Source: an uncultured Anaerolineaceae bacterium (GTDB lineage Bacteria; Chloroflexota; Anaerolineae; Anaerolineales; UBA11579). From it: DNA of 34,053 nt. Shown here in pieces: positions 9,824 to 20,007 of this stretch (position 1 is its first letter; every line of letters starts with the position of its first letter). Made by a program: the position numbers and the translations under genes. The stretch lies in NCBI GenBank assembly GCA_964514335.1, contig CAZEQN010000002.1, positions 1-34,053 of the forward strand. Direction: 5' to 3'. A model generated the notes under the pieces. The model saw nothing but the letters and a program-made list of their open reading frames with translations. It was not told the origin of the DNA and did no database searches.

Positions 9824-12350
9824 CGCTGTCAAAACCAACGCCCAGACCACCCTCGTCAATCTCACCATTGACAACGTGCCGGTGCAGGCCGCCAAAGGCA
9901 CGCTGGTGGTGGATGCCGCCAAACGGGCCGGCATTGACATCCCGGTTTTCTGCTATCACCCCAAGATGGAACCGGTCGGTATGTGCCGCATGTGCCTCGT
10001 GGATATCGGCCTGCCGGCCGTAAACCGCGAGACCGGCAAAGTCGAAACCGACAAGCAGGGCAACCCGGTCATCAACTTTGGCCGCGCCCTCCAGACCGGC
10101 TGTACGGTCGAAGTCGCCGAAGGCATGGTCGTCGTCGGCTATACCGAGAAAGTCCAGAAAGCCCGCCAGGATGTGGTTGAGTTCCTGCTGACCTCGCACC
10201 CGCTTGACTGCCCGATTTGCGACAAGGGCGGCGAATGCCCCCTGCAAAATCTCACCATGGCTCATGGCAGCAGCGACAGCCGCTTCATCTTTGACGAAAA
10301 AATCAAGCTCGCCAAGCATGTGCCGCTCGGTGAAATGATTTTCCTTGACCGCGAACGCTGTATCCAGTGCGCCCGCTGCACCCGCTTCCAGGACGAAATC
10401 GCCGATGACCCCGTGATTGGTTTTGAAGCCCGCGGTCGCGCTCTCCAGATTGTTACTTACTCTGACCCCGGCTTTGACTCGATCTGGTCCGGCAACACCA
10501 CCGATATCTGCCCGGTCGGCGCCCTCACCACCAGCGACTTCCGCTTTGGCGCCCGCCCGTGGGAACTGCAAGCCTCCGGCAGCCTGTGCACCCATTGCCC
10601 GGTCGGCTGCAACACCACCCTTAACACCCGCCGCGAAGCCAAGTCCGGCGGCGAGATGGTCGTCAAGCGCGTCATGCCCCGCCAGAACGAAGAAGTCAAC
10701 GAAATCTGGCTGTGCGATAAGGGCCGCTTTGCCCACCACTACGCCGCCAAAGACGAAGGCCGCCTCACCCAGCCGCTCGTCCGCAAGGATGGCAAACTGG
10801 TCGCCACCACCTGGGAGAAGGCCCTCGCCCTGGTCGCCGAGCAGTTCCAGAGCGCCGGTAAAGGTCTGGTCGCTCTGGCGGGTGGCCGCCTCGCCAACGA
10901 AGACTTCTACAACCTTGCCGGTCTGGCCAGGGCCGGCGGCGGCAAAGCCCTGCTGGATAGCCGCATGTCCGGCGGTGACCTCACCGCCCAGCTCGGTCTT
11001 GCCACGGGCAGCAACCTCGCCGACCTCGGCCCGGGCGATGCCATTCTGGTCATCGCCAGCGACCTCGAAGAAGAAGCCCCCCTGTGGTGGCTGCGCCTCA
11101 AGCAGGCCGCCGAGCGCGGCGCGACCCTCATCGTTGCCAACCCGCGCCGCACCAGGCTCGACCGCCACGCCGCCCACAGCCTGCGCTACGCCTACGGCCA
11201 GGAAGCCGCCCTCGCTACCGCCCTCATCGGCTCGCTTTCCCCCAAGCGCGGCGACCTGCCCGCCAGCGTGCAGGCCCTTAGTCGCGACAAATCCGTCAAG
11301 GAAGCCGGGCAGGCGCTGGTCGCCGCCGCGAACCTCATTGTGTTCTATGGCAGCGAAGGCACCGGCCTGACCGAATCGGCCGCCCTCGCCCGCGCCTGCG
11401 CCAACCTGCTGATTGCCACCGGCCACACCGGCCGCCCCAACAATGGCCTCGTGGCCGTGTGGGACAAGGCCAACGCCCAGGGCGCCTGGGATAACGGCCT
11501 GCGCCCCGCCGCCGACCTCGCCGCTGACCTCGCCGCCGCCAAGGCCGCCTACATCGTCGCCGCGGACCCGGCCGGTGACAGCCCGGCCCTTGCCGCCGCC
11601 GTCAAGAGCGCGGGCTTCGTGGTCGTGCAGGACATTCGCATGAGCCCCACCGCCGAACTGGCGGATGTTGTCCTGCCGGTGGCCGCCTTTACCGAGCGCG
11701 ATGGCACTCTTACCAGCGGCGAACGCCGCGTGCAGCGTTTTGCCCCGGCCGTGCCGACCTATGCCGGTCTGCGGGCCGACTTTGCCGTCACCGCCCAGAT
11801 CGCCGCCCGCCTCGGGCTCGCCCAGGAAAAACTACTCGCCGCCGGCGTCTTCAACCAGATGGTCGCCAGCCTGCCCGCCTACGCTGGCCTCACCACCGCC
11901 GCCCTGACCGAAACCCGCGAACAGTGGCCGGTCATCGGCCGCGGCGATGTGTACTACGGCGGCACCACCTACGAGAACAAGCAGGGCCTCGGCGTGCAGT
12001 TGCCCGCCAGCGAAGCCACCCCGGCCCTCACCTTTGAGCAACCCGCCGAACCGGCCAAATTCAAGGGCCTCAAGGCTGTGCCGGTCACCCGCCTGTATGA
12101 CCGCGGCACGACCGTCACCCCCTCGGCCGTCCTGCACCCGCGCTTGCCCCAGCCTTTCATCGTCTTGAGCGTGGGGGATGCGGACAAACTCAAAATAACC
12201 GCTGGGCAATCGGTCAAGGCCACCCTGAATGGCGTGACTGTATCGGTCGAAGCCCGGATTGATAACAGCCTTGCCAGCGGTGTCGTGCTGGCTCCCCGCA
12301 GCCTTGGCCTGCCGCTGGATGGCCCCTGCGAAGTCGCGGTGAAGAAATGA
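9816..12350 (+). CDS. nuoG: NADH-quinone oxidoreductase subunit G (long, molybdopterin-fold type)
   Basis: The N-terminal 2Fe-2S region is FCYHPKMEPVGMCRMCLV. Further Fe-S motifs are HPLDCPICDKGGECPLQ, CIQCARCTRF and CPVGAL, plus an N7-like CTHCPVGC...LCDKGRF. Length is 844 aa. It overlaps the nuoF stop in ATGACTGA. Confidence 0.92.
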   Translation: MTDAVKTNAQTTLVNLTIDNVPVQAAKGTLVVDAAKRAGIDIPVFCYHPKMEPVGMCRMCLVDIGLPAVNRETGKVETDKQGNPVINFGRALQTGCTVEVAEGMVVVGYTEKVQKARQDVVEFLLTSHPLDCPICDKGGECPLQNLTMAHGSSDSRFIFDEKIKLAKHVPLGEMIFLDRERCIQCARCTRFQDEIADDPVIGFEARGRALQIVTYSDPGFDSIWSGNTTDICPVGALTTSDFRFGARPWELQASGSLCTHCPVGCNTTLNTRREAKSGGEMVVKRVMPRQNEEVNEIWLCDKGRFAHHYAAKDEGRLTQPLVRKDGKLVATTWEKALALVAEQFQSAGKGLVALAGGRLANEDFYNLAGLARAGGGKALLDSRMSGGDLTAQLGLATGSNLADLGPGDAILVIASDLEEEAPLWWLRLKQAAERGATLIVANPRRTRLDRHAAHSLRYAYGQEAALATALIGSLSPKRGDLPASVQALSRDKSVKEAGQALVAAANLIVFYGSEGTGLTESAALARACANLLIATGHTGRPNNGLVAVWDKANAQGAWDNGLRPAADLAADLAAAKAAYIVAADPAGDSPALAAAVKSAGFVVVQDIRMSPTAELADVVLPVAAFTERDGTLTSGERRVQRFAPAVPTYAGLRADFAVTAQIAARLGLAQEKLLAAGVFNQMVASLPAYAGLTTAALTETREQWPVIGRGDVYYGGTTYENKQGLGVQLPASEATPALTFEQPAEPAKFKGLKAVPVTRLYDRGTTVTPSAVLHPRLPQPFIVLSVGDADKLKITAGQSVKATLNGVTVSVEARIDNSLASGVVLAPRSLGLPLDGPCEVAVKK

Positions 12351-13366
12351 ACGAGACCCTGCTGCTGCTCCTCGAATGGACGATTAAAGGCGCGCTGCTG
12401 GCCTTTGTGCTCGCCACCGGCTTTGCCTACACCACTCTGCTGGAACGCAAACTGCTGGCGCGCCTGCAAATCCGCATTGGCCCCAACCGCACCGGCCCGT
12501 TTGGTCTGCTGCAACCCGCCGCCGATGGTCTCAAGCTCTTCTTCAAGGAAGAACTCACCCCCGCCAACGTCTACAAGGCCGCTTTCCTGCTTGCCCCCAT
12601 CATGACCATGGTTCCGGCCATCGTTATCATGGCGGTCGTCCCCTGGGGCCCGCCGATTGACTTCTTCGGCCGGGCGGTGTCGCTCGGCATCTCCGGCGAC
12701 CTGAATGTCGGCGTCCTCTTCCTGCTCTCGGTCGCCTCGATCTCGGTCTATGGCATCGTGCTGGCGGGCTGGTCTTCCAATAACAAGTACGCCATGCTCG
12801 GCGGTCTGCGCTCCACCGCCCAGATGATTTCCTACGAACTGGCGCTCGGCCTCGCCTTTGTCGGTTCCATTATGCTGGCCGGTTCCATGAGCCTGATGGA
12901 TATCATCCGCCATCAGCAGGCCACAAACTGGTATATCGTCTATCAGCCTCTTGGCGCCATAGTGTTCTACATCGCCATGCTGGCCGAAGTCAACCGCGCT
13001 CCATTTGACATGCCCGAAGCCGAGCAGGAACTCACCGCTGGCTATCACACCGAATATTCCGGCATGAAATTCGCCCTGTTCTTCATGGGCGAGTACATCA
13101 AGATGATTGCTGTCAGCGCCATTTTCGCCACCCTCTTTCTGGGCGGCTTCGATGGCCCGTTTGTCGAGCAATGGCCGCTGCTCGGGCCGCTCTACCTCAT
13201 CCTGAAGGTCGTCGCCCTGCTGGCCCTGATGATTTGGATTCGGGCCTCCTTCCCCCGCCTGCGCTACGACCGGTTGATGGCCTTCGGTTGGAAGGTGTTG
13301 CTGCCGCTGGCCCTGCTTAACATCTTTCTAACCGCAGTTGTGATGGTAGTTTTCAATGTTCGCTAG
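12347..13366 (+). CDS. nuoH: NADH-quinone oxidoreductase subunit H
   Basis: The start is in an ATGA overlap with the nuoG stop. It has the [16 protein letters not shown] motif, the [14 protein letters not shown] loop, and is polytopic. Confidence 0.92.
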   Translation: MNETLLLLLEWTIKGALLAFVLATGFAYTTLLERKLLARLQIRIGPNRTGPFGLLQPAADGLKLFFKEELTPANVYKAAFLLAPIMTMVPAIVIMAVVPWGPPIDFFGRAVSLGISGDLNVGVLFLLSVASISVYGIVLAGWSSNNKYAMLGGLRSTAQMISYELALGLAFVGSIMLAGSMSLMDIIRHQQATNWYIVYQPLGAIVFYIAMLAEVNRAPFDMPEAEQELTAGYHTEYSGMKFALFFMGEYIKMIAVSAIFATLFLGGFDGPFVEQWPLLGPLYLILKVVALLALMIWIRASFPRLRYDRLMAFGWKVLLPLALLNIFLTAVVMVVFNVR

Positions 13367-13383
13367 AGAGGTGAGGAACCTTT

Positions 13384-13902
13384 ATGGGTAATGTAATTCG
13401 CGGGATTTTCGCCCTGCTGACAGGCATGTTCACGGTCCTCAAGGCCGCCTTTGAGCCGCGCGTCACCATTGAGTACCCGGAAGTCAAGCGCACTGTGCGC
13501 CGCCGCTTCAAGGGCCGCCACCACCTGCGTCGCTATGAAAACGGCCTCGAGCGCTGCATCGGCTGTTCGCTGTGCGCCGCCGCCTGCCCGGCGGATGCCA
13601 TCTTCGTTGAAGCCTCCGAGAACACCGATGAAGTCCGCTTCTCCCCCGGCGAACGCTACGCCAGCACCTATGAAATCAACATGCTGCGCTGTATCTTTTG
13701 CGGCTACTGTGAAGATGCCTGCCCGACCCAGGCCATCGTACTGGGCGATAACTACGAACTCTCGTTCACTGACCGTTCGCAGGCCATCTACACCCGCGAA
13801 CTGCTGCTCGACCCCGTGCCCGCCGGCGGCCAGCCCACCCCGCGCAAGGTCGCGCCCGGCGCTTTTGACCGTTCCATCCCGGATATGAAGGACCCTGACT
13901 GA
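13384..13902 (+). CDS. nuoI: NADH-quinone oxidoreductase subunit I (2x 4Fe-4S ferredoxin)
   Basis: It has CIGCSLCAAACP and CIFCGYCEDACP, and the RBS GAGGTGAGGAA lies upstream. Confidence 0.92.
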   Translation: MGNVIRGIFALLTGMFTVLKAAFEPRVTIEYPEVKRTVRRRFKGRHHLRRYENGLERCIGCSLCAAACPADAIFVEASENTDEVRFSPGERYASTYEINMLRCIFCGYCEDACPTQAIVLGDNYELSFTDRSQAIYTRELLLDPVPAGGQPTPRKVAPGAFDRSIPDMKDPD

Positions 13903-13904
13903 CC

Positions 13905-14426
13905 ATGACCCCTGACCTGATAGTCTTTCTCGCTTTGGGCCTGGTGGCGGTCGGCGCCGCGGTCGGCATGCTGCTTAGCCGCAACGCCGTCTATTCCGCC
14001 CTCTTCCTCATCCTCAATTTCGCCACCATGGCGGTCTTCTACCTTGTGCTCGGCGCGCCCTTTATCGCTATGGTGCAGGTCACCGTCTATGCCGGGGCCA
14101 TCATGGTGCTGTTCCTGTTCGTCATCATGTTGCTCGGCGCCGAGCATCTGGAACGCCACACCAGTGTGGACTGGCAGAAGCCGGTGGCGGTGCTGCTCGG
14201 CCTCGGCCTGCTCGGCATGGTCGGTTACCTGCTGGTCAGCGGTCAGGTCACACTCGGAACAATCACCACCCCGGAGCAGGGCTACGGCTCCCCACTGGAA
14301 ATCGGTCGCACCCTCTTCACCGAATACCTGCTGCCGTTTGAAATCACCTCTGTCCTCCTGCTGGCCGCCATGGTGGGCGCGATTGTAATCACCCGCCGCG
14401 ACACCCCCAACCGCAAGAAACGCTAA
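13905..14426 (+). CDS. nuoJ: NADH-quinone oxidoreductase subunit J
   Basis: A hydrophobic 173-aa protein in the conserved position between nuoI and nuoK. It has the [16 protein letters not shown] segment typical of NuoJ. Confidence 0.85.
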   Translation: MTPDLIVFLALGLVAVGAAVGMLLSRNAVYSALFLILNFATMAVFYLVLGAPFIAMVQVTVYAGAIMVLFLFVIMLLGAEHLERHTSVDWQKPVAVLLGLGLLGMVGYLLVSGQVTLGTITTPEQGYGSPLEIGRTLFTEYLLPFEITSVLLLAAMVGAIVITRRDTPNRKKR

Positions 14427-14440
14427 CGAGGAAGCGAATT

Positions 14441-14743
14441 ATGGTTCCGGTAGAATACTATGTCGGTTTGAGCGCCATCCTCTTCACCCTCGGGGTGGTG
14501 GGGGTGCTCACCCGCCGCAATGCCATCATCATTTTCATGTCCATCGAGCTGATGCTCAATTCCGCCAACCTGCTCTTTGTGGCGTTTGCCCGTACCTTTG
14601 AAGCCCTCAACGGCCAGATTTTCGTGTTCTTCGTCATGACCGTCGCCGCTGCCGAGGTGGCCGTCGGCCTGGCTCTGATTGTGGCGGTCTTCCGCAGCAA
14701 GAGCAGCATCAATATTGACGATGTCAACAGCCTGCGTGGCTAG
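14441..14743 (+). CDS. nuoK: NADH-quinone oxidoreductase subunit K
   Basis: A 100-aa protein with three TM helices and the [11 protein letters not shown] and [10 protein letters not shown] motifs. The RBS is GAGGAAG. Confidence 0.9.
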   Translation: MVPVEYYVGLSAILFTLGVVGVLTRRNAIIIFMSIELMLNSANLLFVAFARTFEALNGQIFVFFVMTVAAAEVAVGLALIVAVFRSKSSINIDDVNSLRG

Positions 14744-14776
14744 GCCGGAAAGAAAGAACGAGGAGAAATCACACCC

Positions 14777-16903
14777 ATGCTGCTAAGTGAAACCACCAAC
14801 CCCGGCGGCGTTTTCAGCCTCGTCCCGTGGATTGTCTTCTTCCCGGTCATTGGCCTGCTGGTCAATCTCGTTTTTGGCAAACGCCTCGGCGAGAAATTCA
14901 TCGGCACGGTTGCCAGCCTGGCCTCCGGCGCGGCCTTCGCCATTTCGGCCGCCCTGTTCTTCGCCCTGCAGGCCAACCACGGCCACCCGGTGGTCGTGCC
15001 CTTCCTCGAATGGATTCACATCGGCGAACTCGCCATTGACTGGGCTTTCCGCGTCGATACCTTGAGCGTCACCATGATGCTGGTCGTTTCCGGCATCGGC
15101 ACCCTCATTCACATCTACGCCGCCGGCTACATGCACTACGACGTGCGCTACAAGGAAGACCCTGCTTCGTATGTGCGCTTCTTCATCTATTTGAATCTGT
15201 TTATCGCCATGATGATGATTCTCATCAGCGGCGATAACTACCTCATGCTCTTCGTGGGCTGGGAAGGGGTGGGTCTGTGTTCCTTCCTGCTCATCGGTTT
15301 CTGGTTCAACCGCAGCCCGGATGGCACGCCCGGCACCGGCAACTCCTACGCTGCCAAAAAAGCCTTCATCGCTAACCGTGTCGGCGACTTCGGTTTCCTG
15401 ATGGCCGTCTTCACCCTGTTCTGGGTCACTCATTCCCTCCAATTTGACGAAGTCTTCCATCACTTTGAAGAAGGCCTCGTCCCCGAGTGGGCCATCTGGG
15501 CCATCGCCCTCTTCATGCTCCTCGGCGTAACCGGCAAGTCGGCCCAGATTCCGCTCTACGTCTGGCTGCCGGATGCCATGGCCGGCCCGACCCCCGTTTC
15601 GGCCCTCATTCACGCCGCCACCATGGTCACCGCCGGCGTGTACCTCATCACTCGCTCCGCCCCGGTCTTCTCCGCCATCCCGGAAGTGCAGGGTGTGGTC
15701 GCCACCATTGGTGCGGTTACGGCTCTCTTTGCCGCCACCATCGCCGTCGCCCAGTATGACATCAAGAAAGTCCTCGCCTATTCCACCGTCAGCCAGTTGG
15801 GCTTCATGGTCGCTGCGGTTGGCATGGGCGCCTACGCTGCTGGCATGTTCCACCTCGTCACCCACGCCTTTTTCAAAGCTCTGCTCTTCCTCGGTTCTGG
15901 CTCGGTGATTCTGGCCGTGGAGCGCGGCCATCACCCCATCGGGGAAGATGCCCACGGCCATGACCACCATGATGACCATCACGGCCATGACGACCACGGC
16001 CACGCCTTTGACCCGCAGGACATGCGCAACATGGGCGGCCTGCGTCACAAAATCCCCTGGACTTTCTGGATCTACATGATGGGCACGCTGGCCCTCGCGG
16101 GTATCCCCATCTGGGCCGGCTTCTTCTCCAAGGATGAAATCCTCACCGATGCGCTGCATTTCAGCCTGCCGATTTACATCACCCTTACGCTGGCGGCTTT
16201 CCTGACCGCCTTCTACATGGGGCGGCAGGTCTGGCTGGTGTTCTTTGGCGAACCCCGCAGCCACGGTGCCGAGGCTGCCAGGGAAAGCCCGCGCGCCATG
16301 CTCATCCCGCTGGTGGTACTGGCGGCGCTCTCCCTGCTGGGCGGTTTCATGAACTTCCCCACCACGCACCAGTTCGGTCATTGGCTCGAATACACCCTCG
16401 GTCACTTCTATCACGCCACCCAGTTCAATGGCAATGTCGCCCTCGGCAGCACCGCCTTTGCCCTGGCCGCCATTTATCTCTCCTGGCTGGTCTACGGCCA
16501 GAAGCCGCGCCAGACCGTCAAGGAAGCCGACCCGCTGGAAAAAGCCCTGCCCGGTATCTTTGAAGGCATGCAGGCCAAATGGTGGCTGGATGAAATCTAC
16601 GAAGAGGCCATCATCAAGCCCTACCAGCGGCTGGCCGCATTCCTTGCCGATGTCGTGGACTGGCGCTTCTGGCACGATTGGTTCCATGAGCGCGTCCTGC
16701 GGGATGGTTTCTTTGGCCTCACCCGCTTTCTCGCCCACCCGGTGGACCTCGGCGTGATTGATGGCATCGCCAACGGGCTGGCGCGCGCCGCCCAGGGCAG
16801 CGCCGCCGCCTTGAGCATTTTGCAAACAGGTTTTGTCCGCAACTACGCCCTGTGGGTTTTTGTCGGCGTGGTGCTTATATTGGGAACCCTGATTTTCCGC
16901 TAG
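14777..16903 (+). CDS. nuoL: NADH-quinone oxidoreductase subunit L (antiporter-like, with C-terminal lateral helix)
   Basis: It has WEGVGLCSFLLIGFW and the KSAQIPLYVWLPDAMAGPTPVSALIHAATMV motif. Length is 708 aa and the RBS is GAGGAGAA. A His/Asp-rich loop is described in the findings. Confidence 0.92.
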   Translation: MLLSETTNPGGVFSLVPWIVFFPVIGLLVNLVFGKRLGEKFIGTVASLASGAAFAISAALFFALQANHGHPVVVPFLEWIHIGELAIDWAFRVDTLSVTMMLVVSGIGTLIHIYAAGYMHYDVRYKEDPASYVRFFIYLNLFIAMMMILISGDNYLMLFVGWEGVGLCSFLLIGFWFNRSPDGTPGTGNSYAAKKAFIANRVGDFGFLMAVFTLFWVTHSLQFDEVFHHFEEGLVPEWAIWAIALFMLLGVTGKSAQIPLYVWLPDAMAGPTPVSALIHAATMVTAGVYLITRSAPVFSAIPEVQGVVATIGAVTALFAATIAVAQYDIKKVLAYSTVSQLGFMVAAVGMGAYAAGMFHLVTHAFFKALLFLGSGSVILAVERGHHPIGEDAHGHDHHDDHHGHDDHGHAFDPQDMRNMGGLRHKIPWTFWIYMMGTLALAGIPIWAGFFSKDEILTDALHFSLPIYITLTLAAFLTAFYMGRQVWLVFFGEPRSHGAEAARESPRAMLIPLVVLAALSLLGGFMNFPTTHQFGHWLEYTLGHFYHATQFNGNVALGSTAFALAAIYLSWLVYGQKPRQTVKEADPLEKALPGIFEGMQAKWWLDEIYEEAIIKPYQRLAAFLADVVDWRFWHDWFHERVLRDGFFGLTRFLAHPVDLGVIDGIANGLARAAQGSAAALSILQTGFVRNYALWVFVGVVLILGTLIFR

Positions 16904-16929
16904 GTAGCGGACGATAACGAGGACGGATT

Positions 16930-18426
16930 ATGAACTTTCTTCTGGAACCACTGAACCTTGTGACCTTCTTCCCCCTGGTGGGCGTTTTGCTGCTGCTCTT
17001 CATCAAGAAAGACAGCGCCGCCCGCTGGATTTCGCTGGTCACCGCCCTGCTGACTTTCGGCATTTCCATCTGGATGCTGACGCTCTTCAACCAGAGCGAT
17101 GGCGGCCTGCAACTGGAAATCAACCAGCACTGGTTCTCCTTTGCTGGTTGGGATATCCGCTACGCTCTGGCGGTGGATGGCTTGAGCATCCTGCTCGTGC
17201 TGCTCACCACCTTCCTCACCCCGATTGCCATCCTCTCCACCTGGCACGCCGTGGAAGAACGCGTCCGCGAATTCCAGATTTTCTTCCTCTTGCTCGAAGT
17301 CGGCATGCTGGGCGTGTTCCTCGCCCAGGACCTCTTCCTGTTCTATGTCTTCTGGGAGTTCACCCTCGTCCCGATGTATTTCCTCATCGGCATCTGGGGC
17401 GGCGAGCAGCGCATGTACGCCGCCATCAAGTTCTTCCTCTACACCATGGCCGGTTCCATCCTCATGCTGCTTGCCATCCTCTGGCTCGGCATTGAGCAGG
17501 GTTCTTTCCACGTCCCGACCCTGATTTCCCTCGGCGGCATCCCGGCCGATATCCAGATCTGGCTCTTCCTGGCCTTTGCCGCTGCCTTCGCCATCAAAGT
17601 TCCGATGTGGCCTCTGCACTCCTGGCTGCCGGATGCCCACGTGCAGGCCCCCACCGCCGGTTCGGTCATCCTGGCCGGTGTACTGCTCAAGATGGGCACC
17701 TATGGCTTCCTGCGCTTCAACATCCCGCTCTTCCCCGATGCCGCCCGCGAGCTGGCCCCGCTGATGGCCTTTCTGGCGGTGGTCGGCATCCTTTACGGCG
17801 CGGCGGTGTCTTTCAGCCAGACGGATGTCAAGAAACTCGTTGCCTATTCCTCCATCAGCCACCTCGGCTTTGTGGTACTGGGCCTGTTCGCCCTCAATGA
17901 GCAGGGCATTCAGGGCGCCATCCTGCAGATGGTCAATCACGGCATCAGCACCGGCGCCTTGTTCCTCATCGTCGGCTTCATCTATGAACGCCGCCACACC
18001 CGCGCCCTCGACCAGTTCGGCGGCCTGTGGACGGTCATGCCGGTTTACGCCGTCCTGACCCTCATCGTCAGCCTCTCCAGCATGGGTCTGCCCGGCCTCA
18101 ATGGCTTCGTGGGCGAGTTCACCATCCTGCTCGGCGCCTGGGGCGCCGCCACCGGCGTGCTCGGTTCCTACTGGTACGCCGCCCTCGCCGCCCTGGGCGT
18201 CATCCTCGCCGCCATCTACATGCTCTTCATGTTCCAGAAAATGTTCCTCGGCCCGGTCACCAACAAGAAAAACGAAGGTCTGCCCGACCTTTCGCGCCGC
18301 GAACTGCTCACCCTCATCCCGCTGCTGGTCTTCATCTTCTGGATTGGTCTGTACCCCAAGCCGTTCTTCGGCCTGATGAGCGCCAGCGTGGAACAACTGG
18401 TGCAACTGGTAAACGTGCTGCCGTAA
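16930..18426 (+). CDS. nuoM: NADH-quinone oxidoreductase subunit M
   Basis: Motifs are FAIKVPMWPLHSWLPDAHVQAPTAGSVILAGVLLKMGTYG and YSSISHLGFV; length is 498 aa. Confidence 0.92.
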   Translation: MNFLLEPLNLVTFFPLVGVLLLLFIKKDSAARWISLVTALLTFGISIWMLTLFNQSDGGLQLEINQHWFSFAGWDIRYALAVDGLSILLVLLTTFLTPIAILSTWHAVEERVREFQIFFLLLEVGMLGVFLAQDLFLFYVFWEFTLVPMYFLIGIWGGEQRMYAAIKFFLYTMAGSILMLLAILWLGIEQGSFHVPTLISLGGIPADIQIWLFLAFAAAFAIKVPMWPLHSWLPDAHVQAPTAGSVILAGVLLKMGTYGFLRFNIPLFPDAARELAPLMAFLAVVGILYGAAVSFSQTDVKKLVAYSSISHLGFVVLGLFALNEQGIQGAILQMVNHGISTGALFLIVGFIYERRHTRALDQFGGLWTVMPVYAVLTLIVSLSSMGLPGLNGFVGEFTILLGAWGAATGVLGSYWYAALAALGVILAAIYMLFMFQKMFLGPVTNKKNEGLPDLSRRELLTLIPLLVFIFWIGLYPKPFFGLMSASVEQLVQLVNVLP

Positions 18427-18453
18427 GGCGGCCCGCTCTGTGGGAGACCCCGG

Positions 18454-19908
18454 ATGCAAATTGTTTCTGTAACTGATATCCTCACCATCCTGCCGACCAT
18501 CTTTCTGGTGGTGTGGGCCTGCCTCCTGTTGCTCATGGATGCGTTCGGTGGGGCGCTGGGCAAACGCCTGACCCCCTGGCTTACCGTCCTCGGCCTGCTG
18601 GTCGCCTTCGGCCTCACCCTGCGCGCCACCGGCGTGGAACAACCCGCCTTCAACGGCCTGCTGGAAGTGGATGGCTTTTCCAACGCCATCAATCTGCTGG
18701 CTCTCGGTACGGGCCTGTTTGGCGTGGTGGTCGCCTACGAATACCTCAAACGCTTCGATCTCGCCCGTGGCGAGTACTACATCCTCATGCTCTTCTCGCT
18801 TTCGGGCGTGATGCTCATGGGCGCTGCCGCTGACCTGATTGTGGTCTTCCTCGCCATTGAACTGCTCTCCATTCCGCTGTACATCATGGCGGCCATTGCC
18901 CAGCGCGACGCCCGCTCGGAAGAAGCCGGCCTCAAGTACTTCCTGCTGGGCGCTTTCGCCGGCGGCTTCCTGCTCTACGGCGTCGCTCTCGTCTATGGCG
19001 CCACCGCCAGCACCCGCCTCGCCGAAATCTTTGCCGCTGCCCAGGCCGGGGTCGCCAACCCCATCTTCCTCCTGCTCGGCGCGGCCCTCATCCTGATAGG
19101 CTTCGCCTTCAAGGTCGCCGCCGCCCCCTTCCATATGTGGACGCCGGATGTCTACGAAGGCGCGCCCACCCCCGTCACTGCCTTTATGGCCGTGGCCGCC
19201 AAAGTCGGCGGGTTTGCCGCCCTGCTGCGGGTCTTCATCGTTGCCTTTCCCACCCTCGGCCCCGACCTTGTGCCGGTGCTGACCGGCATCGTCGCCGCCA
19301 CCCTCATCATCGGCAACGTCGCCGCCATCGCCCAGCGCAACATCAAGCGTCTGTTCGCCTACTCCTCCATCTCGCATGCCGGCTTCATCCTGATGGCCTT
19401 CGTGCCTTACGCCCAGGATGCTGCCCACCGCGATACAGTCGCCGCCGCCCTGTTCTACCTCGTGGCCTTCGGACTGACCTCCTTTGGTTCGTGGGCCATC
19501 GTCATGCTGCTGGAACGCGCCGAAGGCAAAGGCCTGGAATTAAGCGACTATGCCGGCCTCGGCCGCAAGTACCCGGCGCTGGCGCTCGCCATGCTGGTGT
19601 TCATGCTTTCCTTTGCGGGCGTGCCGCCCACCCTCGGTTTTGCGGGTAAATTTTTCCTGCTGCGGGCCGTCTTGCAGGGGGGCTACGTTGGGCTGGCCGT
19701 GCTGGGTGTGCTCACCTCGCTCGTGTCCGCCTACTACTACCTGCGGGTCGTGATTGTCATGTACTTCCAGGAGGGCAAGCCTCAGGTGCAAGGCAGCCGC
19801 CTGCTGAACTGGACCACCGCCCTCACCGCCATTGGCACGGTAGCCCTTTTCTTCTTCATGCAACCTCTCTTTGACTGGACAGCCAGCGCGCTCTTGCGGT
19901 TGTTCTAA
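18454..19908 (+). CDS. nuoN: NADH-quinone oxidoreductase subunit N
   Basis: Motifs are KVAAAPFHMWTPDVYEGAPTPVTAF and YSSISHAGFIL. It is the last gene of the operon. Confidence 0.92.
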   Translation: MQIVSVTDILTILPTIFLVVWACLLLLMDAFGGALGKRLTPWLTVLGLLVAFGLTLRATGVEQPAFNGLLEVDGFSNAINLLALGTGLFGVVVAYEYLKRFDLARGEYYILMLFSLSGVMLMGAAADLIVVFLAIELLSIPLYIMAAIAQRDARSEEAGLKYFLLGAFAGGFLLYGVALVYGATASTRLAEIFAAAQAGVANPIFLLLGAALILIGFAFKVAAAPFHMWTPDVYEGAPTPVTAFMAVAAKVGGFAALLRVFIVAFPTLGPDLVPVLTGIVAATLIIGNVAAIAQRNIKRLFAYSSISHAGFILMAFVPYAQDAAHRDTVAAALFYLVAFGLTSFGSWAIVMLLERAEGKGLELSDYAGLGRKYPALALAMLVFMLSFAGVPPTLGFAGKFFLLRAVLQGGYVGLAVLGVLTSLVSAYYYLRVVIVMYFQEGKPQVQGSRLLNWTTALTAIGTVALFFFMQPLFDWTASALLRLF

Positions 19909-19929
19909 CCCTCTTTTACTATTTATAAA

Positions 19930-19962
19930 GCGCCCGGTGATGAGCCGGGCGCGTTTCTTTTT
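19930..19962. terminator. Bidirectional rho-independent terminator between convergent nuoN and the merR-family gene
   Basis: GCGCCCGG (19930-19937) pairs with CCGGGCGC (19945-19952). It is followed by GTTTCTTTTT on the + strand and by TTTATAAAT on the - strand. Confidence 0.75.
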
Positions 19963-20007
19963 GCAACCTGTAACTTATCTGTCATCCTTCTTAAATGGCA
20001 CCTGCAC

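Noticed and set aside
15929-16003. The possibility that the NuoL His-rich tract is a frameshift, assembly error or simple-sequence expansion.
   Set aside because: The reading frame and flanking conserved motifs are intact, and the codons are not a perfect tandem repeat. It is kept as a finding rather than dismissed, although read-level verification is still needed.
14783-19428. Very long minus-strand ORFs antisense to nuoL, nuoM and nuoN (680 aa at 14783-16825; 842 aa at 16900-19428). Similar ORFs lie opposite the GltD-like gene (126-1391), nuoD (6682-7956), nuoF (8462-9940), nuoG (9771-11426), nuoG/nuoH (11969-13171), rpoB (27305-28570, 28598-29749) and fusA (31915-34020).
   Set aside because: They exactly mirror well-supported sense genes. 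Their products are Gly/Ala/Asp/His/Val-rich low-complexity sequence with no motifs. They arise because extreme GC3 bias depletes stop codons on the complementary strand. They also disappear over the low-GC merR gene, as expected for shadow ORFs.
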